Part shown: positions 50,401 through 62,400 of the stretch, piece by piece
How positions within the stretch are numbered: position 1 is the stretch's first letter
Layout of the letters: every line of letters starts with the position of its first letter
Assembly (NCBI GenBank): GCA_965644295.1
Contig: CBFFRP010000645.1
Coordinates: 1-64,000 of the forward strand
Length of the DNA stretch: 64,000 nucleotides
Direction: 5' to 3'
Origin: Paraphysomonas bandaiensis
Taxonomy: Eukaryota; Protista; Chrysophyceae
The notes under the pieces: generated by a model
Told to the model about the DNA's origin: nothing
The model's database searches: none
Seen by the model: only the letters and a program-made list of their open reading frames with translations
Position numbers and translations under genes: made by a program

Positions 50401-53400
50401 GTATCTCAGGAGGGTCGTTAACTGGTGAAACAGTCACCATGAACGTGAACATGGTATCACTAACTGCAGAAAATGTGTCCAATGCTCTATTATTGCGGTT
50501 CGATAGCCTAATGATGACAGTGACATTTCCATTCCAATTATTTTCCGGTTGGTACTGTAAGCCGCTTACGGCAGTGGCTATATCTGCTGGAGACCCAGCA
50601 ATCATAACAGTTGTGTGCCAGTCAAGCAAAGACCCTCCTGCAGTATTCACTACTCCCTGATAGCCGGAGTGAATACGGAATCCATAGTTATGAACTCCAT
50701 TCCTGACCTCTCGCACTCGGGTCACAGATCCCACACCAGTCAGTCGATTCCCTTCAACTGCGAGCAGAGATGGTGACAGCGCGTAGGGTAACGCAGAATC
50801 CATCAGCATAGATATGTACCAGGTATACCCCCTTTCCTTATTGGGACCTGTCCTACCCACAAATAAGCGCCCCGTTCCAAGCAGAGGGTCTGTCATCGAA
50901 TCGAGTGACATCAGAGCATCTCTGAGTTCTACTGCGCTGATATCATATGGCAATGGCACAGTCAAGTCGCCTCCATAAGACAGCCGGAATGACCCACCCA
51001 CGAAATTTGAAGGTCTCACTGTTCGTACAGAAACTGACTGGTCGTTGTGGCTTTCTGTCGGAAAATGTGCAACTCGCACATTTAGATAGTTGGCACCATG
51101 ATATATAACTGTCCATGATACGTACGGTGATTCCTCAGCTGCATCACCAATACCAGCCACATACTTAGATACAGTGATTGAATCCACGAATGAAGAAAAA
51201 AAGGAAACCGATGACAAGAGACTTTCGAGAGATTCACCCTCCTTAGTACCAGCTGCTTGGGCATACGGCTCATACGGACCTTTCACCTCTTGCTCCTTCA
51301 TAGAAACAGTAGCTACATATATCGGCCCAATAACCTCATACGCCGATATATTAACTGGGTGAGATACTGTGAGATAGAAAGCAGGATAGTCACTACTAAC
51401 AATGGTTGACCTCGCTTGGCTATGATTGGCAGACACAAAATCGTATCGTATTTCAATTACTTCCTCATGGTGATTGGATTCAGTAGATACAGCAAGTACA
51501 CGTGGACTTCCGAAGCCAGGTGTCACTCGTGACACTAACACATCAGCTGGGTAATGTACAAGACCAATATCACCAGACTCTACCGTCCAGTCCCCAGTCA
51601 AATTCGTAGTTATAGGCTGAATTAATGGTAACTCGGCACCGCCACTCATTCCAGAAACTGCAAAATACGCTATAGTCCACGTGTAATTGCTTTCTTGGCC
51701 TACGTTGGAACGAGTAACTGAAACAGCATCAATAGACTCCATGTCCATCAAAATCGATGCCATCATGTCTGCTGTTGCGTTAAAAGCAATCGGCGAGCTC
51801 ACATCCATCCCAAAACCGAGCCTGAAGTATCCACCTAATGAATTACCAGGACGTGATCGCACAACTTCAACTCTTTCGATCACTCCGCCACTAGTTTCGA
51901 CAATCGAATTTCCATATACAGTCATCAATGAAAAGTCAAAACTAACCTCATGGAAAGTAACTTGCCATTTACAACCTGTCCTACAAGCTCCATCGCCCCT
52001 GTCTGTATCATCTCGCTCGACAGATACCTTACCCCCTCCACATCCTTCAAGCATCTTCTCGATCTTCGCCTGAATAGAGTGTCCAATTCCGCGTCCATCC
52101 CCATATTCACTGCGCTCTGAACTTCTCATAGCAACAGCGTTGATATGAATATCATCAGTAATCAGTTGCACAGACGCTGGTGCACTACCGTCCTCATATA
52201 CAGGACGCGGGGCTCCACACTTGGCGCCTTCCACAACATTCAGGCTCAGTCTAAAAGTAGCGTTCCAGAAATGGCTGACGGGGTAAGAATTTAACAAGTA
52301 TGTTTGTATGGACTGTATTTCATCAACGTGATACGCAACTGTCATTACCTCCTGAGTTTCTATAGTGCCTCCATGTGCAGCAGTCACAACTGCCTCCAAC
52401 TGAAGTGAACTTTGTGTTGTACGGTCCAAACCATTCGGATTAGTCACAGTCAGCTGCGGAAAGTCAAACACGTCGTCCTCGTCTACAGTAAGGTGTACAT
52501 CGCTGCTAGAAATCGAAACAGTTGGGGATGATCTAGATGTAATCACTTGCACTGGAAGGATAACTGAGGATGTAGCACCTTTGGAATCTGTTATCGTAAT
52601 ATTGATAATGTCACTGCCATATGTATACGATTCCGAAACATACTCGGCACTGAGCAACAAAGCATTTACAGAAGAAAGATCACCTCTACATTCCACCCAG
52701 AAAGAGTCTCTACTAACTACCTCAAACACTTTAAACTGTGCCATAGACACGTCTGAAAATGATACGTTGCCGTGACCAACTGCAATCGACATATGGTAGA
52801 CTTCACCGTCTGTCATGTCCACGTCATAAACAATAGACTTATTCCTAAAACTATCAGAAACAACGGGAACTGCTGTATATTCACTGACATTGATGAGGCC
52901 CCACAGTTCAATATCAGGGGCATCATTCACTGGTAAAATTGTTAATGTCACATTATCATGGGCAGTCATATGAACTCTATCTTTTCCATAGTTTCCGAGG
53001 TCGTCAACAAATATATCCATGTAGGCATTTCCATTGAAATTTCGTTCTGACTGTACGTACACTTCACGAAGAGCGCTATTTATATCATCAATTCTTCCTT
53101 GAAATGACAAAGCCCTATTGAACGTAATGTCATTCGGCATTGTGGAATTCTTTTTGAAAAAGCAGTGTGTACATTGTACATGTACTCGAGCAGATGTCAC
53201 TAGCTGAGAAGACCGCCGCTTTGAGTACAGTGGCGAATTGCTGTCACGTAAAAACAGAACATCTGGATCGCTAACAGAAAAAGGGAGTGGAATAGCAGCA
53301 TCCTCGTCCACCCTCAATTCAGTGTAACTGATAACGGGTGGGTCATTTTCTGGTACCACCGATACCATTGAAACGGCAGTGGAATTAAGGCTTTTGGTAC

Positions 53401-56400
53401 GGTCATCATACACAGACAATGTAACTCTAACATTGCCATGGAAGTTCTTCGGGAAAGCAAACGCGTACATGCGACATGCTGTCAGCAATGACTTGATCTG
53501 AGTGGTAAAGTGAACTTCATTACTTCGTGCATCTTCAGCGGTAAATATAGTATCGGACACGTTTTCGTGAACCTGCGGGAGGCTGATGTCTACAAGGTCA
53601 TTATAGTTTTCTGTAATTCCAACGATATCAACGTGAAAACTACCATGATACAACTCTTCGCCTGAAAACGGATGACTATAGACTAAATCGTCTACAATAT
53701 TAGCGGCGGACAACAGTGAATCTTCTGCAACGCGAATATCTTTGAGAATGAGAATAGGCGGTTCTCTTTCGTCAAGCACTTCAAACGATATCGTTTTAGA
53801 ACTCTGCTTTGGACCATCAATTCCGAAGTTTCCCCTATCATTGACAGCAATATTGACAGTATAATCCGAATTCTCATGCATACCATCCGGAATTGAATAT
53901 GATATCGCACTGATGTAGCAGTTTACAGCGTCAATATGACCAACAATTGTGAGGCTGGAGTACGTAAGAGGCTCAAACATATCGTCCGTATCATATCTGC
54001 GGTCAAACCAGTTTACAATACTCTCGCGCCTACTGGAAGCGTCATTACAAGTCTCAGCACTGATAATCCCAGTGAAATAATCAATGAATTCTATATTACA
54101 GACAGAGGCAATATGAGTGTCCACACGCAACACACCACAATCAGGAACCGATATATCTACATGGATAGTCCCAGTGTTTTCGTTCTTGCCATCGAACACG
54201 TCTACATCCAGTATATACAACTCAAGGTCCGCTAGCGACATTTCTTCGTTCCTCTTAATTTTAGTAAGCATCTCGTACTGATCTAACATAGAAACGACTG
54301 GCTCATCATTTATCGGCAGTAAAAAAAGACTGAGCTCGTACACCTCCTTCGTATCACACTGAAAGTAAATAAGAGCAGTCATTTCACCATGAGAATTCTC
54401 TCTCGCAGTAAAGACCAACGTAGGCAGGATCTCGCTCAATTTCGAAACACTACTGTAAACTCGAAGAGCCATGTCACCATGTGATTTGGATATGTACGAC
54501 ACTTCCGAGCCTTCCCAGTCACCCTCATAACCATTTATAAAAGAAAAATGTCCATATGAGGAATAAAACTCAATCGTACACACGACTGATGACGACTCAT
54601 GACCAGAAGTTAAAAGAATAGATTCCGTACCAGTAAATCTGACTGGATTGTCCTCTTCACCAACCACTGCATGACGTGGTACAGTCAAGTATGGCGCGAC
54701 AGCAACTGAACATACGTTGAACTCAACAACAGCGGTTGTTGTGCCTTTATCGTCCAGGCCGTGAGTAGCCACATGAGCATTATCAGATATGAACAATTCA
54801 ATGCTAACTAAATCTGTCATATTATATTCAATAGATTCACGGGACCCAGAAAAGTATTGCACATTTCCCTGTGATAAGTACGATGTGAGTACGTCCGGGG
54901 TTCCTCGCAGTAGTACCGCAGATGAAAGAGTCCCATCATCCATGACATCAAGGTCCGAGAAAGACTTCTGATATTGAGGAATCGAAGCAACTACACTGCT
55001 GTGTGAAAGTTGCGACTGAATTCGTAAGTAGAAGATCGGCATCCAGCGTGAACCAGGAACACTAACGTGACTTTGAATGGACACAAAGCTCAAATCAACC
55101 ACATCACCTGCGGATATATTTCTAGCTACGGTATCGATGATTATTAGTGGCATTTCAAAGACCGGTAAAATATCTATTTCAAATGATGCTCGTGTTGAGG
55201 CTACCAATTGTTTGTCGTCTTCGATATCCAATTGCAGTGATACGAAATCGGACGCGGAATTTTCTGCATATGGGGTGTACAAAATATCATCAAGAAGACT
55301 TCGAATGCGAGCAACATCGATAGTTAACGATACGTGCTTCAAGCTGGTCGATACCACTTCAAAAATTCCATCACTGCTGCGATAGCTGTCAATACTTAAC
55401 TGTCCTTCGCTTGCGGATACAATTAGAGCGGCTCGACATGCGTTGGGGTTTACACATGAACCAACAACAGATTGGATGGAACACGCATCACCAATGTAAA
55501 AACTGCTGTTAACTGCAACTTTAGCCACAGTTGGACAGGCTACAGCAACTTTCATTGGAATGTCGACCACAATACTAAAAGATGCAGACACTGACTCGGC
55601 TCTATTAAATGGAAGAGATGGCTCAATATTTCCAGGGCGTCCAAGTACAGTATGTGTCAGAGAGGTAACCAAAATTGTAACAGTGTCGGTATGAAGAGGC
55701 ATAACAGCAGGCTGATACTGCAGATACGATAACACGGTAGCGACTTCTTCTTTTGAGATAAAAAATGATATTTCTCGACTGCTCGTGGATTTTATGGCAT
55801 TATAAGGCTTATAAGACTTTAAATTTTGTACAAATGCGTCCGATAACGCGAGTTTACCTTCATTACACCACACTTCGATTAATAAAGGGTAGTAGTCATC
55901 GATATCTGTAACAGTAAACGCTCGAAGATACATGGGGGCTCTTGAAGTAATCACTTGTCCAAGAACATACGGGGATGAATAATTGACTGATATCACAGGA
56001 GCATCATCCACACTGTCGACAAAAACTAAAAACTCCTTAGAGAGAGCTGATGGCACATTGCTAGTTGAATCCTTGAGTGTAGACACTGAAAATAAAACAG
56101 ACCCTACAAAATCCCCTGGTGGTGTATACACAATTTCAGCTATAGCTTCATTGATGTCATCCACACTCGACGCACGGATATGAAGCAAAGAACCATGGCT
56201 GAATATATCTACTCCGCGCAACATCTCTACAGTCATCGGCAACAGTAGTTGGCCTTGTTCACATGATATTAGTACATCAACAGTATCAGCACTATCACAT
56301 AAAACCGATATGTTCAAATTTCGTAACATACTGTCTTCCTTCATATGTACTGTAATATTTGGTACAACAATAGACATTCCCCCAACAGAACCAGAATCTG

Positions 56401-59400
56401 ACACAACTCGGATGGGTACCATGCGAGATACAATTTCAGCCACTCCAAAGGGTTCCCATCTAGAGACACTGAGATGCAAAACATCATCAGATGTGCCTTC
56501 AAAGCGTACATTACCCAAAATGCGGTTAATTGTATGCTGTGGCCCAACAATACTATGTGAATTCGGTTTATTTTGTAGTTTATACCAACCAACTTCAACA
56601 AAGTCATTAGATGTCGCATCAAACTGATACGATGGCAACGAAATAACTCCACCTTTCTCCGTAGAAATATTCACCGACAACATTTCAGAGCCGGTCAGAT
56701 CATCTGGATTCGCCACGCCGGCAAGCACCAGTGGCACAGCTACTCTAGCTGGTGCAATAGCACGAGCAAGGAACACATCTACGGTGATAGGGTCCTCCAC
56801 GGGAAGAACAGATACTGAACATGATGTTGGATGGGATTTCGACTCGTCTGGTACGAACCTACCCATATAAGCGAAAAACTGCAGATCAATAATGCCGTAG
56901 TAGTTGGGAAATGGCTTTATCACTATCAGCTGAAGCAGCTCAGCGATATCGACAATTGGTCCACTGAGACTATAAACACCTTCATGTCGAGCGAACTCAA
57001 CTGCACCCACAAAAGAATGTGTAAACTCAATTGAACAATCTTGCACGCCAGCAATATCGATGGCCACTATATTGGCATCTTTTACTACATGATCAAATTC
57101 CAAGGACAACTGAAGCCGAGCTACAGAGTCTTCATCTACCTCAGAGTCGAAATTCACAACACGCAGTTTTGGCAAGTCGACTGTGGGAAGAACATAGACA
57201 GGAACTGTAGCCACAATTTCATGAATTGCTTCCATATTCCCTATGCCCACTGTGTCATTCCCAACAAATGCTCCCATATCAAGAGCAACTATGCGTAAAG
57301 AGTCTGATTCCACCCAGTTTTCTTGAATCACCTTAAGATTACCTTGGCCACTGAACAGCAATGGATTATAATCAATAGAAAGATCGATATTAGGTCCAAA
57401 TGCTACAGATCCTGACACGTCACCAACTCGACTAATATTGAACTGATTCGGTTCCCAGTTCGCAAGGGAGGTGAATTCAATGATGTACTCATAGCCAACT
57501 TTATATCCATCATCCGATTCATTCGCAAACGTAAACACGGTGACATCATTGATACCTTCCAGCTCTTCCAGTGCAACTTCAATAACTTCTGGTTTCGCGC
57601 CGACCTGAATTGATCTCGTTCTCGCTCCATTGCAGATCAAATTGTACTCGCCAGAGAGAAAGTCGCCTTTGGTCCGCACCAACTCAACACGTATGTCTCC
57701 GCGTAAGTCGCCCCTTCTATTGTTAGAGCTTAACACAACAGAGTTGTTCTTTGCAGATAGGAGAGGAAAGTTCACCCCATGTTTAGGTGGGATATTTAAG
57801 AATCTCACTTCCCATGAATAAGTCTCTTTTCCATAGGAATCCTCGTACGGTGATCGTGAAACCACAACGATAGGCTTAAAATTGTCACTACGACTGGAAT
57901 TCGTACCAACTGTAGACTCGAAGGCCATGTCAAAGCAATGGTCAACAAGCGCTTGTATAGCAAGTTCGAGCGAATCAGCACTTACATTTGTCGAGAGTAG
58001 CTCAGTTTGAGCATATGCGTTTCCTACCGACGTGTTAGATTGGATAAAATATGAGCAATCAAGTGACAATCTAAAGGCACTACTATTGTGATCAACGCTT
58101 CCCAATGTGGTAGACACTGTAGTAATCTTTTGCACCTCTTCGTGATGGCGCAATGAGAATATAGAAAGCACATAGATCTTATTTCGTCCGTCAGTTTCTA
58201 CAACCGAGTTCCACTCTTCATCTGGAATGTACTGAAGCGAAGCAAGGGCTTTGTTGACATGGTACAATGACCCCATAAACGTTAAGTTTCCTTTGATATC
58301 AAAGTCAGAAAAAGTGATCCCTTCATGATTGGACAAGAAAAGTTCACCATGCCCTACCATAAGCGACATAGCTACTTGTGCTTGCATCTGTGCAGCCGCT
58401 GTCAAATGATCAGAATCAAGTACAGAAATACCCGGCAGATTTGTCATTGTATCTTCGAAGAGTACTATTCCTCTTGTAGGAAATAAAACTGTTGGAGAAT
58501 CATCAACAACAGATATTGATATGTTCAGGGTCTTTTCAATGGGAATGGAAGCCAATGCCCCCATGCCAGACATCGCAGCCAGCTTGAGGTGGTCCTCGAT
58601 CACAGCACGATCCCACTTTCCATGTGTCACGAAGTGTCTTGCAGGGAGTGTCAACCCATTGGAAGGAAAATAAACGATGCTGGACAACAGAGACGATATA
58701 GATTCCTTATCTCCATTGAGGCGATACGAGCTTCTCAACGGGCTCAGCGATATTGGCTCAATCGACTTGTCCCACTCCATGTCACAGTCCACACATATGC
58801 CCCACAAATTGTCAACATCCATATTATATGTCTGAGAACAATACAGGCGGTCGTTTCTCTGTCCAGTCATATGTATACAAGATGAATACGCGTCACCGCC
58901 GTGAACAAAAGGGAAATAGCACCTCGTAGATGTATCACCGTCAAGTGCAGCACCAGGAAGTGCGGTGTTCGTTGGAGAGAGTAAGCATTTCTCAGAAGTC
59001 AAAGATACGTCACTCCCACTGCCGATGTGCAAATTTTCTACAAGACTACTCCCGAAATCTATTAAGAGCAACAAACTGTCTACGTTACCATTCGAATTTA
59101 ACGTAATATCAGTGACAGTGGTTTGCTCGAGCCCTTCCACCAAGCGAAGCTTGCTTTCAAGCTCAGATTGTAGACTCGGGCTGTTAAGTTGAACTTTAAA
59201 ATCAACTACCGGTTTGGTAGCAATTATTTCAACACTGCCCGACAAAGGTGACATACCAGCGACAAGTCGACGTGCAGAAAACACAAAATTTTCAGAAAAT
59301 TGTGACAGACAGATTCGTCCCTCCCAAACATCAGGTTTCAAAGCCACATCCGTGTTATCTCTAAGTCCACACTCCTCGTCAGGCATAAGAAGTGGAACGC

Positions 59401-62400
59401 TCCCCATGCTAGAAGGAAAAGTGACAGTCCAAGAATACACATGTTTACCCAAGGATCCCACCTCTGATGAGTACTCAGACCTGGCAACATCAACGCAGCA
59501 AACACCTGCTACATAGGACACCGCTGCTGCAAATTCATCATCCGAAGCATGAGCAGAAACCATAGTTGACGCTTCGTAAAGTGACAATGGAAACGAACCA
59601 GTCGATGCATCATACGACTTACTAGTGCTCCAAACCTCGGTCGAGGTATTATACACAGCAGTAACCGAAAACACCTGCACTTCATTAATAGAAGCAGATG
59701 ACCCTCGAGTAGTTTCAACGACATCAAGATGTGTCCATGGTGACAATGTCATATTCTGAATAAGAATGGGCGGTACATTCCCAGTCGATCCACTAACAAC
59801 ATAAAAATTACTATCAAAATCTTTCTCAGACTCAGATATAAATGTGATGGTGGTTGAAAACACCTCTTCCGGATTACCGCTCTCTGGACATATCCTTCCA
59901 GAAGTAGAATTCGACGTCAGAGACACTCCCGCCACAGTAGACAGTGACAAGAGAGTTTCGAACAAAGTACTGCCATCTCCTGAGCAAGGCTCACCAGAAA
60001 CCACGTCATTATTATCACAAAGTGGTAGAGAATCCGGTAGTATATTATCGTATATCCAGATATATCTAACAGCCTTTTCTCCCCGGAATGACACACTAAA
60101 AAATTCAGCATCAGGAACCATGTCGGATACAACAAAAGAGTCGAACAAGGACTCCGACGAACAGTGAAGAGTTTGAGTTTCATTTACTTGTGACCAGCGT
60201 GGAGTGTTAATTGACAGCAAATATCTATCACTCGATTGGGCATCACCGGGCGCTATACGCCTCACATCAACACTTTCGGAGCCTAGGCCAACCAAATCAG
60301 CATCTTCAATTGTAATATCAGGAACATGTATGGTAAGGTATTCATGGCTATCTAGCAAGTGGGACAGCCCTGATGACACAGAAACAGTAATAGTATATGA
60401 CGTTAATGGAACCGGTCCAACTTCACTCGTTTTCGTCGTCGAAACTTGGAATGCGCAGCTCTCGGCGATGCATATTATATCCTCCAGTGCCTTCGTAACT
60501 GTTGCACTCGTGGCTGATTCTGTATGATCTCCATTTCCAACGCTCATCCAAGATGTAGTTCGGGAATAGTTTGGCGAATCAATACGCAACCTAAATTTGC
60601 CGGATATTTTGTCGCCAACATCTCCTCGTGTGTGGGTTAGATATACTCTAGGAGATGGATATCCCAACACACCCGCAGTGTCCACACTCATTCTAGGTAA
60701 CTCCACAACTTCGTGAGACTTCACAACAGACACAGACCAAAGACAATTACCCTCGGGGTTATCACATCCTCGCGGGATTGTCTTGGTACTTCTGATCCCA
60801 GGGAGTCGGCTAAGACGAAAATCAACCTCATCCGCAGTCGCACGAACAGATATTTCTTGGGTTGATGCGGTTACTCCGTCAGGGTACTGAAATGATATTT
60901 TGATATAACCACCGAGGGGTTCTGTGCCTCGAACGATTTCCTCCACGTCAAAAGATATAGAATCATCGTTTTCAAACGGCAAACAAAGAGAACAATATTC
61001 CTCTTCCAGTATGTCAACATTGGTTGACCCTTCACTCCACACTACGTCGACGTTGTCGATTGTCCCACCAAGCGTCAAAAAAGTAAGTTTCCACGACCAA
61101 GAGTATATTAACGAGTCATCCAGTTCACCGTTTACGACGTTTTCAATCGATGTTAGTCCCAGCACATCCATTAAATCTACTGCATTTTGAAGTTGTACAG
61201 TAGTATCATCTGCACTCGCACTTGAATTGAAACGGATGACATGACTACGAAGTGGCTGTAGGCCATGGGAACGTCCACGACCAAACGATAAAACAAAATC
61301 CCCATGCAATGTATCATTATTTCTACTTCGTAAGGATATAAGTTGCTCTTCAGCCTGCAAAGATCCTTTCTCTGTTCGGTACACAGCAATGGAAGGAATA
61401 ATTGCACTCGAATTACTCGCAACAGCCGAGTGCACTTGAAACCGCAGAAGCGGTAAAACGTCCCGTGCTGCATTAGTCAGAAAAGTCACAAAGAGGTAGC
61501 CGTACAAAGAAGACGGAGACGTTTCGTTTCTCAACTGAAAACTCACTTGAACCTTTCCTATATTCTTTAGGCCTTCCAAAGCACCTTTCAACGATAGCGC
61601 AGAAGCCTCAAATTGGCGATTACCGTATAGCACAAACGCAGAAGCATCAGTAATATTGTAACCATCAAAAAATACAACCACATCTATATCGTTCATTGGG
61701 ATTTGTCCATTAGTAGAGTGGAGCTCAAGAGCCTGAGTTTCATATCTCCACGGTATTTCCACTCTTATGCCAATCGTATCAGCAACTTCCCTCTTCGACT
61801 TCCCTCCATGAAACCGCACCTCGACATCTTTTCTGAGAGGATATTCAAAGGCATGCGTGTCCTTTAGAAATGCAAAGTTGCCATATTCACCTGATGCTAT
61901 TACAGCACTAACATTGGGCAAAACAGTATTTGAGTCCTCCGCCTGTTCAGATAATATAGTCACACCACCGACCGCAAGCGCACTGTGCTCACTCACAACC
62001 AATGGACCAGTGTGATCAGAAGTATGTTCCCATACAAGTGCATTTCCGCTATGTGTATCAATGTCAACTTTGACAGAATACGTATAGGTCTTCACACAAG
62101 GATAAGATATATTATCCAGGCATTTTCCATAGAAACCATTATCAGACACGTAAATAGTGAGTACATCAGAATCACCATTGACGTCATTGCTATATATCTT
62201 CGCAGACCTCAACGCTTTCGTTAATGCCTTCGGAGTTCCCCTAATACTCAGTCTGTGCGGAGTATCAACAACGAGACGCTGACACCCGCTCCGGGCAAGG
62301 CCTGCAGATGATATATCTACATTTATCCCACTAGCAGAATCTATCCACAAGTCCAGATAGCCGATATCCAACATAGAAAGCGAAAAGTCTGTATCGCTGA

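Noticed and set aside
44130-60630. Several RGD tripeptides in the giant protein (e.g. RRGDLRGD)
   Set aside because: A few are expected by chance in >7,500 Gly/Asp-rich residues, and there is no evidence of integrin-type context.
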